Positions 48,352-61,075 of a DNA stretch of 64,000 nt are shown piece after piece. The DNA lies in contig CM120649.1 of the NCBI GenBank assembly GCA_051362555.1, positions 2,046,001 to 2,110,000 on the forward strand, read 5' to 3'. Both the position numbers and the translations under genes were made by a program. The notes below the pieces were generated by a model, which saw nothing but the letters and a program-made list of their open reading frames with translations, searched no databases and was not told where the DNA came from. This DNA is from Lingula anatina (lineage: Eukaryota > Animalia > Brachiopoda). The number at the start of each line of letters is the position of its first letter. Position 1 is the first letter of the stretch.

Positions 48352-48816
48352 ATGGCTGGACCATCAACTTCAAACATTCCCCTTGCCTTAGACTTGAAAA
48401 TAACCACCTTGCCATGTACGTTTCAACTTCGCATAGCAGACAAAGAAGTGGTCTATGCAGTGCTGGGAGCGGCTGCTGCTACTGGAATTGCTGCATTTTT
48501 TCTTCGACATAATCAGGACGTTCGGCGCATTGTCAGGAATGTGATAGTGGGCAATGACCACGATCAAGACCCAGCAGTTAATGATATTAACCCAGGTTCT
48601 TTGCTTGTGGATATTACATGTTATACCAAAGAGAGTCTCCTCACGCTCGGGCGCCGATATCGGGATGGTTCTCTGGCTACGGACATAGAAGACGGCCTTA
48701 AATCAATCGGATACGACAAACCAATCACTGTCACAGCCGAAAGAGATGGCGAACCATTTGCATTAGACAAGGTGCACCAAGCACTAGAAGGCCTACATGT
48801 AGGCCTTGCCCTACAG
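48352..48816 (+). CDS. Coding exon for a hydrophobic helix plus TRADD-N-like domain; probable first coding exon of the ZNFX1-like gene
   Basis: Acceptor TTTCCACAG ends at 48287 and donor CAG|GTAATT starts at 48817 (phase 0). Hydrophobic segment VVYAVLGAAAATGIAAFFL. The motif INPGSLLVDITCYTKESLLTLGRRYRDGSL resembles invertebrate TRADD-N-like domains. Confidence 0.7.
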
Positions 48817-49019
48817 GTAATTTTCAGTTAACATATAAAGTTTCTGCAAACTTGTTTTTACTGTTTATTTATGCCAGGGAATAGTCCAGAAACATTATTT
48901 AAGCTTTTCTGGAAAACATCTTCCATTTATTTTGTTAGCTGGGTCGCAGAGGCTTCTTTCTAACGTTATTTTAATGTAGGCCTACTTTTTGTATAGGACT
49001 GAAAAGAACTGAGGCCATA

Positions 49020-49126
49020 CCCAGCAAACACGTCACGTTTGGATCACGAGGCTAGCATGTTGCTATGACGTTGTATGTGGTAGCCACGTGCTAGCCACGT
49101 GATCAGAACGTGACGTGTTTGCTGGG
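49020..49126. mobile_element. Small palindromic MITE with CCCAG termini (EnSpm/CACTA-like)
   Basis: CCCAGCAAACACGTCACGTT / AACGTGACGTGTTTGCTGGG. Confidence 0.8.
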
Positions 49127-49360
49127 AATATTTTCTCAAATGGCCTCAGGTAGAGAAATTAATTAAGCCTTCGGTCTTAGTGTTAAGCATCGTAACCATA
49201 AATTTCTAGGATATCAGAAGCCGGCTTCTACATTTCCCTGCTCTATTTTTGGTAAAACATACTTTGTGTTAAATAAACAAATAAATAAAAAAGAATTTAA
49301 TCTGCATAACGGAACCACTGTTGAAGAACAAAAAAAATATACAGTTGGCCTTCATTGAGA

Positions 49361-49363
<3 letters not shown>

Positions 49364-49431
<68 letters not shown>
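49364..49431. repeat. (TA)n microsatellite
   Basis: Directly visible. Confidence 0.95.
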
Positions 49432-49434
<3 letters not shown>

Positions 49435-50819
49435 GACATTTCTTTGAAATAAAAAAACGATTGTAGAATAGGGGTCTAGAGCTTCATACCAATTTTTGCC
49501 ATGAAAAATCTAGACTCCATGAAGGGAAATCATTTTCCGACTTTTTTTTCTTGGCGATTTCTTTCAAGCCTATTTTTGAAAGACACCCAGTAGTCATAAT
49601 TTCTGTCAAAAGACAATTTGTTGGGCAAATCGCTGGGTTCACTTCTGTCCTTTTTATTTTTAGGACGTACTTTTTTCTGGTTTTGGTGGCCTTAACTATT
49701 CATTTTCATTGCCATCGCTTTCATAAGTGGTTATTCGCGGAAAACGATGTTTTTCTATTGAACTCGGCCGGTACTCAAATTTATGTTCGACTATATCGGC
49801 ATCACTATGCTCAATTGAAGTTGCCGCCGTCCGGGTGTAGGAACATTAAACCTAGGCAGATCATAATTCGAAACACCCTTATGGACAAACGGAGCAGGGC
49901 CCCGACTACTTTCCCTACCAGTCGTTGGGAAGTAACAGTCTCGGATTTCACGACGCGGCCTGGAAGCTTTACACAAACAAAAATGTTATAATGATCTTTG
50001 TTATCGACATACAGACTCTCAACAGGCAAAGCAAAAAAGTCGTACTTGTATTCTAAATTGGCTGGCTGCGAAGTGAATGCTGACTGAGAACGTTGTTTGG
50101 GTTTTGATTTGATTGATTGCGGTTCATTTGTTGATTTCGAACAAGCTTTTAATTTTTTATTATTTAGGTATTTATCTTTTAAAATGAATCGGATATTGAT
50201 TAATGATTCGCCTATCTAAATTAAAATTTACTGCCAATTACCATGTTTCAAGCATTTACATTTGAACACTTAATATATAGTATTGAAAATAGCCCTTTGA
50301 GTTTCCTTCTTACCGAAAATTTTTTTAATTGATTGGATATTGATTTATATATTTTTAGGTGTATGTAAGCCTGCTTACATTTGATTTTATTTGATAAACA
50401 CCATTTTTCGAGCCTTTACAATTATACACTAAATGAATACTGAAACTTGAAAGAAAATGCCATCCGAATTTGAAAATCACATAAGGTACTTTAGGTTGAA
50501 TTTTAAGAAAAAAAATATTTCCACCAAAGATAAAAGCAAATCTATTGATTGAAGAGACAGGGTGACAGAAAACATTGGAATTTAGAAGAGTGTCTGAAAA
50601 AACTTTTCATCAGGACACTATGCTGAAGATCTAAATAAAAATATTAGTCCAAAAGAAAAACAATTAACAAACATTAAAAATGCCATCAGAATCCGAAGTT
50701 ATTTGCAAAGATTTGCAAAAAAATATTGCAAATTATTTGCAGTACTGGAGTTTTATGGTTCGATGAAATCGCAATTGAATTTTTTTTCTAACAACTTGAA
50801 TGATTTTCTTTTTTGTTAG

Positions 50820-53800
50820 GCGGAGAGAGGAAGAGGCAATGGTGGTGGGCGTGGGAGAGGAAGAGGAAGGGGAAGATCACGCGGCAGAGGTGGAGGTTTT
50901 CAACAACCTCGTGATCCAGAGTGAGTATACAACATAAACTGAGGCCATTTATTATGTCCCTCCCCCCCCCCCCCCTCCACAAAAAATGAGGGTATATACT
51001 AGTAGCTTTAAACATACATCTGTTTGTCTGTTGGATTACCAGTGACTAGCCTATATTGTAAATAGGGAATGTGGCCATTATTAAAAAGCACCTAATTTTT
51101 ATACAAAGCAACCAAGACAAATGAATATTTGGGGTGATAATGCACGTATTAGTAAGTTATTAAAAAAAACTCTGTCTAAGTTATTTTGTAACTTATAATT
51201 AAGTTTGCACGTGAGTTTTCTCATTAGTGCGCCTGTTAAGTTAAATGTTATGTTCAGTTGATAACAACAAAGAACTAATGAAAATGTGTCAAACCATTAG
51301 TGTTTATTTGTGGTTGGTCAGAACAGAGTGAAGGAACGGTGAAAAGCACATACTTTTCTTTGATAGACTGTAGATCTACCAGTTGTTAAGGGGAACATTT
51401 CTGAATTTAAAAAATCACCTTTCGAGACACTGAATCTGTTTCTTTGAATATATTTGTTTAATGTATGCATAATTACTAACTTTATTGCATTGTTTGCTGC
51501 TAATTGATATGTAATATCATTTAATTAGTGACTTACATTTGTCCCCAACAATCTCTGCTTTAAGGCAACAAGGAAAATATGCCGCTGGTAGACCAAGAAA
51601 TACCAATAGAGGTGGCAGTCATGCAAGACTGGGTGAAGAGAGGAGGATGCCACTTCTTGGGTACCGTAAACTTGTTGAATTTCAGTCCAAAGAACCTCCT
51701 GAACTATTATCCACACTAAATCACTCAAAAAGTGGATTTCGGGAACTCTTGTCATCAGACTCGTTGAAACCTGATTGGATCCAGCTTGTCCTTGCCTTGT
51801 TAACTAAAGCTTGCACATGCAGCTCATCGCCCCAGCTTTTGATACAGCTGCTGAACATCGTCAAAGACTCCAAATTTCTGAGTGTGCACCTTGTAATGTA
51901 TATTGGCCAGATGGGTTTAGAAAGTTCAGTCTACAGGCAAGAAGAATTTAAAGAGCCCATAAAAGAAATGTTAAAGATATTTAGAGAGCTACTTATAAGG
52001 TTACCACAGGCTGCAGTAGCCACTGTTCTGGGTCCCTTGTCAATGTTACGTAGCACCATTATAAGACTTCAGGTGAATAGTGACATTATTGATGAAGATA
52101 TTGAGCTTCAGCTGGCAGAGGTAAACAGCTTGAGTGAAGCCATTTTGAAGACAGAGCAAGAAGGCGGCGCAGGATGTGACATGGCCGTAGCTTCTGATGA
52201 TCAGCCCCCATCCGATGATTTCAGAAATGTTCCCATTTTCCCAACTCATGATGACATCAACTTGAAAGAAGAGCCATTTCTAAGAGCAAATAAAACACAT
52301 GGTAGATACCAAGATGTCAATCATTATCTTGATGTCCAGTTCCGTCTCCTGCGCGAAGATTTTGTTCGGCCTTTAAGGGAGGGAATTACAAAGTTTTCAA
52401 ATCTTGGATCTATCAACCGAAGAGATGAACGTCTTCAAGACATCCGTATCTACCATGATGTCTATGTGGTTAATCCAGTGTGTACAATCAATGGATTGGT
52501 GTACAGAATACGTTTTGCTGTGTCCAAGCTTAAGGGGGTGAGGTGGGAGTCAACTAAAAGACTGATCTTTGGTTCTCTTGTATGCCTGTCCCAGGATCGT
52601 TTCAAAACACTTCTGTTTGCCACAGTTGCCAACCGCAATCCAAAAGACTTGGCAAAAGGGTTCTTAGAATTACGCTTTGAGCAGAGAAGGGGAGAGGTTC
52701 ACAGAATTTCACCCGCCACCTCCTTCATTATGGCTGAGACAACTGCTTACTTTGAGGCGTGTCGCCATGTTCTCTTTGGATTACAGACCATTGAGGAGGA
52801 TGAATTTCCATTGAAAAGATATATAGTTCACTGTGAAAATGAGGTGGCTCCACCAAAATACCTGCTAGAAAGAGCCCGGAATAAAGCTGCATTTGATTTA
52901 AGTCCACTAACAGAAGACACACTAGTCAAAAGACAGGAACCCCTCCTTCAACTTCAAGATGACACAGGTAATGATGATTACCTCCCAGTGGAGAGTGTGG
53001 CAGGTAAGAGTGCTCGGCAGGTGCTAGTACTTATTACCTCGAGCTGGCCTAGTGCTGAGGTGTTCCACCTGGATGAATCCCAAATGCAAGCCCTGAAGAC
53101 AGTCCTAACCAAAGAGATAGCTGTTATACAGGGACCACCTGGTACAGGCAAGACGTACCTAGGTCTGAAGATTGCTCAGGCGCTCCTTCACAATAAAGCT
53201 GTGTGGGGTGGAGACACTCCTGTTCTAGTTGTATGCTACACCAACCATGCATTGGATCAGTTTCTGGAGGGCATACACACTTTTATACAAAATGGTATAG
53301 TCAGGGTTGGGGGAAGGTCAAAGAGCAAGGCTCTGGAGAAGTTTTTCATCAGAAACCTTAAAGATGAAATGCGTCAAAACAAGAAGGTGCCCAGAGGAGT
53401 TCTCGAAGGTTTGAATGATGCAAGATCAGAAATGAAGGAAATAGAGTTACAAATAGAAAATATTGTAGCCCGTATAGAGCAGACAGACCAAGGAATCTTG
53501 CATGAGGACACACTACGCCCTTTTATTGACCATGTCCACTACAGAAGCCTTACAGAGTTCAGACAACCTCAAGGATTGGGTTGGCCATTTGAACAAACTT
53601 CTCAAAGGTATTCCAACATGCTCGACTGGTTAGGGTTTGGAAATAACCTGTATTCCCCAGGGGATTATAGAGGGTTTGAAGAAGGAGAAGTCCCAGAAAA
53701 AAAGAAGAAAGGAAATGAGTATGAAGTAGAACAACTCGAAGAAGAGGAAGAAGAAGAGGAAGAAGAAGAAGATGAAAAAGAGGAGGAAGTTATTGAAGTG

Positions 53801-56800
53801 GAGGAAGAAGCAGACCTGTTGCAGGAGCAAAGGATAATTGATGATGCAGAAGAGGACGTTGATTTTTCTAGATTGAGGAGAAGGGTGGCCATTTCTGATT
53901 TTCCTCTTGCCCTTGATTTTGATACTTTAAGTATCTCTGAATTTGGTAGTACCAAAGACGGAGAAGATATGGGTTGGCAAGTGCAAAATCGAACATCCAA
54001 AAAACGCAAGAAAATTCCAATAGATGGATTTCGCAACAAGAATGCAATGTCTGAAGATGAAGCTGGGCAAGTGGGCAATGTCTGGACCCTTTCTGACAAA
54101 GATAGATGGCGGTTATATCACTTGTGGATTACTAAATACTGTACACATCTTAAGGAAGGGATAGAGGGATATGAGGAACAGTATGAAGAAGTCTCAGCAC
54201 GCATGAGGGAAATCAAGAACCAGCAGGATTTGATTATTCTTAAAGAGGCTGCTGTGATTGGCATGACCACAATTGGCGCTGCCAAGTACCGCAGCATCCT
54301 CCAAGAAGTCCAGCCCAAGATTGTGATTGTTGAAGAAGCAGCTGAAGTGCTGGAAGCCCACATTGTGACCTCACTTACAAAGTCGTGTCAGCATCTCATC
54401 CTTATTGGGGACCACAAGCAGCTAAGACCAACACCAACAGTGTGTGAGCTGGCAAAGAAGTACAACCTTGATGTGTCTCTCTTTGAGAGGATGGTCAAGA
54501 ATGGCATGCAAGTTGACTGCCTAAAGCTGCAGCACCGCATGCGTCCTGAGATTGCTACATTACTCAGGCACATCTACCCAGAGCTGGAAAACCACCCAAG
54601 TGTTGAGGATGCTGAAGACATCAGAGGCGTTTCAAAAAATATGTTTTTCATTAACCATAGCTATCCAGAAGTTAAGGATGGAGAGAACAGAAGTCGATCC
54701 AATAAACATGAGGCAAAGTTTATGGTTGCGCTGTGTAAATATCTCCTCCTTCAGGGATATGGGGCATCGCAGATCACCATTCTAACCACTTACACAGGCC
54801 AGCTGTTGCAGTTCAAGAAAATCATGCCCAAGACAACATTCCAGGGAGTGCGCGTGTCCTCCGTAGACAATTTTCAAGGAGAAGAGAATGATATCATCTT
54901 ACTATCGCTTGTCCGCAGCAACACAGAAGGGAACATGGGATTCTTGGCAATTCAAAACCGCATTTGTGTGGTGCTATCACGTGCCAAAAAGGGTTTTTAT
55001 GTAATAGGAAACTTCAGGCTGTTAGCTGAAAATAACATGTGGAGCAAGATAATTTATGACCTTCGAAAATGTGGGTCTATTGGAGAAGGGCTGCGGTTGT
55101 ACTGTCAGAACCATCCAGAAAATGGGGGCATTCTTGCCAAGACAGATCTTGATTTTAAAGAGGCACCAGAGGGTGGGTGTTTGCTACCTTGTGAATATCG
55201 TCTTCCTTGCAGACATGTATGCAAAAAGGTCTGCCATAGCTATGATAAAGAGCATGCAAATTATAGATGCATGGAGCCATGCAGGAAGACAATTTGCAAA
55301 AGGATGCATCAGTGCACCAAACTCTGCTTTGAAGAATGTGGCAAATGCATGAAGATGGTGGATAAAGTCATGCCTGCCTGTGGCCATAAGCAATCCGTTG
55401 CTTGCTCAGTGGACCCGTATCTAGTGTCCTGTAATCAGCCATGTGATGTAAAACTGCCTTGTGGGCACGAGTGCAGGAACAAGTGTGGTGAGGAACACAC
55501 AAAGAAATGTAACAAGGTATGCAGACGTCTCTGGCCTTGTGGTCACGTTTTGATGACATATTGCCATCGTACTCCTGAGACTTTCCCATGTCCTACACCA
55601 TGTGGGGCAATGCTGGAGTGTGGGCACAAATGTGCTGGAGCATGTGGCAAATGCAGACAAGGGCGACTACACATGCCATGCCAACAGAAATGTAATCGCA
55701 CTTTAGTATGTGGACATCCATGCAAGGACACGTGCACCAAGAACTGCCCCCCTTGTCAGAGGCCTTGTGAGAACCGCTGTGTGCACAGCAAATGCCAAAA
55801 GACCTGTGGAGAACCCTGTGTGCCTTGTATGGAAGCCTGTTCATGGGAGTGCAAACACCACAAATGCAGGAAGCTGTGCAGTGAGCCGTGTGACCGTCCA
55901 CCTTGTAATGAACCTTGCAGCAGGATGCTGAGATGCAGACATCCATGTATTGGCCTTTGTGGTGAGCCATGTCCCAAATTGTGCCGAGTTTGCAATGGCG
56001 AGGAAGTGACAAAAATATTCTTTGGGACTGAGGATGAAGAAGACGCTCGATTTGTGCAACTCACAGATTGCAAGCACTACTTTGAAGTCAGCGGACTCGA
56101 TCAGTATTTTGCCATGGAAAGCAGTAATTCAACAAACATGAGCATTCAGTTAAAATGCTGCCCTCTGTGTAAGACACCAATTAGGAGAAACCTGCGTTAT
56201 GGCAAGCAGATTAACACTCAGTTAGCAAATATAGAATTAGTGAAGAGGAAGTTGGCTGTTGACATGCACATACTCCTTACAACTCACAGCCGTCTTCAAA
56301 GGGAAATTTCTGACATCAGACAGACAGATCTGATTGGCTTGTCTCATGCGCAGAACATCTTAGCTTATTTTGAAACCAAGATTACAGGTGGAACAGTTTC
56401 AGGCAATCATTTGGCCTTTATTGAGAATCAAATCAACTTCATTAAAAGGGTCTCTGGCATGAAGGCGAAGCTTGTAGATCAGCAGAAGGAAACCGAGAAA
56501 TATGCCAGTGAACTGAAGGACATTATGAAGGAGCTCACATCCCTTTATTCCTGGATCGTTCAGCCTCGCTCTCACATGAGCCAGCAGGAGACAACCCAGT
56601 TCAGTGCAGAGACAACTCGCCTGGCCCTGCTGGGCAACTGGTTCATCATGAAAACCCAAATAGAGAACAGCGGGAGGACCTTGCCCCCCGAACTATCTGA
56701 TCAGTTTGATCAAACGAAAACCCTACTGTGTGACAAGAAACCACTTTCTCCAGAAAGAGAGGCAAAAGTGAAGAGAATATACTCTGATGTGAAGCAGGCC

Positions 56801-57374
56801 TGTCCAGCCTCGGGACTACGAATCACAGACACAGAACGCCAGGAAATAGTTCAAGCCATGGGTCTGACCCAAGGGCATTGGTTTAAGTGTCCAAATGGTA
56901 AGTTTGATTTGAATATAAAGCCAGCTTATAGACAGTAATATTCAAATGTGAAACTGTTCATGTCTCTTGGTCTGCTTGGTTCTCACCTTGGCATAAAAGT
57001 TTTTTCCATCTTTGGGTTTTCTGTACAAGTTAATCACAATGAACATACATATATATCCTATATATCAACATTAATCTTCACTATTTAAAGTATTTAAGTG
57101 TTTGATGGTCTCGTGTAAATTTCTAGAATGTTGATAAGTGTTTTCAGGAAAAACGCTGAACACAAATGTATCTTGTTTGTTGACAGGTCATATCTATGCA
57201 ATCGGAGACTGTGGTGGTGCCATGGAAGAAGCAACATGTCCTGAATGTAAGGCTTGTATTGGTGGACAGAGTCATCGACTTCGGGATGATAATCAGTTGG
57301 CTGGAGAAATGGATGGGGCTCGTCACGCTGCATGGTCAGAGGCAGCCAACATGGCAAATTATGAGGGTTTCTGA
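50820..57374 (+). CDS. ZNFX1: NFX1-type zinc finger-containing protein 1-like (SF1/UPF1-like helicase, NF-X1 zinc fingers, RING-like, RZ finger); about 2030 aa if the 48352 exon is included
   Basis: Exons 50820-50920 (RGG-rich), 51565 (or 51529)-56897 and 57187-57374. Motifs: HYLDVQFRLLREDF, KRLIFGSLVCLS, QGPPGTGKT, VCYTNHALDQFLE, IVEEAAEVLEAH, LIGDHKQLRP, VDNFQGEE, repeated CGH/C NF-X1 fingers, CPLCKTPI, and the RZ finger WFKCPNG|HIYAIGDCGGAMEEATCPEC. Confidence 0.96.
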
Positions 57375-58339
57375 TTAAACATCCATGTGATTAATTTTTG
57401 TCGAATTGAGATGGATTGTGGTACAATGCAGGCAGAGTTACAAGTGAATTGCTGAGACGTGGATGATTCTAAATCTTCACCGATTTGATGCATTTTATTG
57501 GAACTGGTGAATTCAAGTGAAATGATTCAGAAGAAATTGGACACTTCTCTGGCATCTGTATTTATAGTCGTGGTTGTGTAATTGTTATGAGATTATGTCA
57601 CATAGACTTTGTGTGCCATGTAATTATTGTGTGTTGTGATCACCAAAACTAACTGTAATATTTTGAAGGCCCCATCGAAGTATCTAGACTGTGACAATGT
57701 GACAATTGGATAAACTGCTGCTGAATTAAGAAGTGAACATCGGCACACGACTAAAAGGGCAATTTGAGAACTGACTGGTTCTTACGACATTTTGACCTCA
57801 ATGACAATTTTAGAATTTGATTTGTAAAAGACCAGCTGTAAAATGTTGTGTTTCAATACTTTTAAGTATTATAATATATGTGTTTGTAGTAGATGTACCC
57901 GATAGGCAATGGTTAATTATGATATGCGATAAGCAGAAACTATAACATATAAGCATATCATAGTACGTACAAGTACGTGTGTTGTTTTTCAAAATTGTTG
58001 TATGTGAAATCTATAATTTCCAGACAAAAAATGCATAGGACAAAATGAAAGTATCTTTAAAGTCTTTATGAACGTATGGAGACATTATATATTTCCCCAA
58101 ATACCTTGCATATAAGACCCTGTTGATAAGGAATAGAACAAAGCCTATTTGCAACTGATATTTGCAACGGATAAGTACAAAATTGCGAGTAATAATAATT
58201 TAAAAGGAAATTGAGAGATGAGAGTTTTGGTGGTGATTTATAAATTAATTAATTGATAAAAAAAATAAATAGACGAGCAGTGATCAGAATTGACTGCATA
58301 TTTCGAAATTTCTAGGAATCAGAAGAAAAGAGTCAAAAA

Positions 58340-58560
58340 GTGAAAAAAATGACAGGTCAATTTCAACCTCTCAGTAGGATTTTCAATAAATGAATTTCTA
58401 TTAAATTCTCTGCCAGTTTTAGGAATATATATGCTGAAAAATTTGCAAAATGGCAAAAAGCAGGTCAAAGGTCAATTTCAAGGTCACAGTGAGATTGCCA
58501 GTATATGACTTCCTATTCAAATTCAATAGTGACTGTGAGCGTATCTCTGCCAGTTTGGGA
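58340..58560 (-). mobile_element. Inverted remnant of the HINE 146-bp unit
   Basis: AGGTCAAAGGTCAATTTCAAGGTCACAG...TATATGACTTCCTATTCAA is the reverse complement of the unit. Confidence 0.8.
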
Positions 58561-60129
58561 AAATTTTAATTTAAAATTCAAAACATTTGAAAATTTACCA
58601 GGTTCAGTTCGATTTCGTGGCATCGTGTTCAATGTAAATTGGAGTTTAATTTTAGCATGAAAAAAAGATCATAGTACCTCATGAAGCACTAGGAAAATGG
58701 GTCGCTTTCGCATCGAGCGATTCACTATAACAGCTATATACATGTAGATATATGTACATTGTAGAGTGAATTGACCTGTAAACTCCAGGCGTAAATAAGC
58801 AGGAGACGGAAAATTATTTCTCATTGTTACTCAGTTACACATGTAGTCCAGGGGTAATTTGTCTACTTTCCAGGTATAATTAAAAATTGACGTGTAACAT
58901 TGAAATTAAAGTCTTTAGAGTAGCAGGGATTATCAAACTTAAATTTTATTCTGAGACGGAATTGGTACAAGGTTTTGAGATCATCTGGAATTTTCAACTT
59001 GAATTTTTGCAGAGGCAGAATTTCCAAATTTAACTCTTAGGCCATCGGGAAGTCAGTTTTGACTAAAGAGTTTTTGTATGGCCGGAAACTCCATACAACA
59101 CTCTCCATTTTTAAACTAACATTATCAATCTTTATACCAAATCCATATGCTACAGGTAACTTGCCATTCTGTATAAATGGATTTTTAAGCAGCATTCTTA
59201 TAGACAACCCCAAAATTTAAATGTGAGATTTTAGATAACACTTTTGTGCTTAATAAAATACGTTTCCAGATGCAGTATAACAAATACTTAACATCAGTTG
59301 TACGCTAGGATAAATAGAACCAGAATTACTACCATTTTCTTCCATACCTGCAATTTTCAAGCAATTCCAATTCTGAATCAGAACGTTCGAAACAATCTTT
59401 GCACCTATATAATACAAATCACAGCTAATGGCTCTCGAAATTTCCTTTGATTGTCATTTCCCTGTTCTATATACCTACAGTACATGAACATCACCAAATG
59501 GATGCCATGCCTATTTGTCCACAGGTGTGCTCAATGCAGAAAATCAAATTTGTTTTATTTAACAACTAAGGTTATTAGAGAAAGCCAAGTTAAACCTTTT
59601 GGCCTTTGCAAGCCTTGTTTTGGGTACGTACAACCTGGTTCTGTAAAAAGTAAGAAGAAAATTCACAACTCTGACCATTCGGTACCAATGGCCTGGAATT
59701 CCACTTTGGCTTTGAATTTTACAAACGCTTCCAGTCACAATCTTTATAGCGGGCAGTCTATAGAGAAAAAGAAAAAGATCGCTATTGGGATTAAAATGGA
59801 AGTAAGTGTCTCTTGATTCACAACAGCTTCTTTATTAAGGGAAGCTAGGGCCCACTTTTAACTTCACATAACTTTCGAATTTGTCTTCTCTCTTGTCGCA
59901 GTCCAAAGCGTTTGTATTCAAAAATTATCCTCTGTCACTGATGTAACATCTCCCAAACAGCGCTCCACTGAAAATCAGATTTTCATCAGTAATACAACCA
60001 CGTGAATTATGCAGGTCTTGGTTGCGCATGGTATTAGTTTTCAAATGCTGTATTATCCCCACTGAGATATGGGGTTATCAGCAGTACTCAAAAATAGAAC
60101 GGACTCATGCCCAGTTCTGCAAACGAGTA

Positions 60130-61075
60130 GCGTGTTTAAAAATCAAAACGTTACAAATTTAATGGCGCTAAGGGAATGTGGGTGTATACCGTTATACGTT
60201 ACTATATCCAGGTGTATCTAGTATTGGACATAGATGAATATCTATGCCTGCGGGGAGATACCCAAGACAATGCTATATTATGTTGCTTCGGCTGGACTCC
60301 GCAGGAAGGACGACGTGGGAGACCCATGTAAAACACCTCCCTTTCAAGTATGGTTTCGGCTATGCCTGGATCGTGGATGAGTTAAGAGCTGTGAACCAAT
60401 TCACAACACGAGTGACAGACTTGTGCATTACAAAAGACGTTAGCTGATAAAAAGCAACGTCAAAGTGCTCATCATTCATAATGTATAAAACTGTTCTAGA
60501 TCCAGAAAGATATTTGTCATTACCACTGTCTTATACACAAACGTACGTTATCAAATTTTCACTGCTCAAGCAACAGTCTGGTGATTGAAAAAGGACGCCA
60601 CATGAATATAGAAAAAGACCGTAGATTTTGCCCATATTGTTTGACCCAGAAAGTTTATATCGTAGAAAACGAGATACGCTTTCTCCTACTATGTCCGCTG
60701 TATAATGGCTTGAGGGAGAAATATTTCATCACAAGATGGACAAAACACAGTAAAAATGAGCGATTATTTGCTTGGATTATGTCTGAAATTAGTACGGATG
60801 GCATATTCTCATTAGCAAGATTTTCAACTAGTGCATTTGCATTACGAGCAAAAATTTGTTGCTATTGAAGTGAGTTTAATTCACAGTTTTGACTAAGAAC
60901 GTGACTATTATAACGTTTACTATCATTTAAAATTTTCAAGAAGAGGACTATTATGAATATACTTTCATATTTATTCAGTGTACATAATTACATTACTACT
61001 AGTAGAAAATTATGGTGCAGTTGGACATGTATTTTGTGTCGGAGGCCTTTAATTACGGAATAAAGATCAATCAAC
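60130..61075 (+). mobile_element. Decayed 5'-truncated LINE (CR1/L2-group ORF2 C-terminus plus 3' UTR)
   Basis: Broken frames give WETHVKHL..KYGFGYAW and IEKGRH...RRFCPYC...VENEIRFLLLCPLYNGLREKY, the post-RT zinc-binding region. AATAAA at about 61059. Confidence 0.8.

Noticed and set aside
49205-49228. Hairpin plus CTAG as a Helitron 3' end closing a captured TRADD-N-like exon
   Set aside because: It is oriented on the minus strand, opposite to the upstream HINE remnant, and is too short to be significant.
49551-49991. 146-aa ORF between the TRADD-N-like and RGG exons
   Set aside because: Non-ATG start, no motifs, and the region looks like a promoter or intron.
52046-57357. Many antisense and alternative-frame ORFs within ZNFX1
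   Set aside because: They are shadows of the real coding frame.
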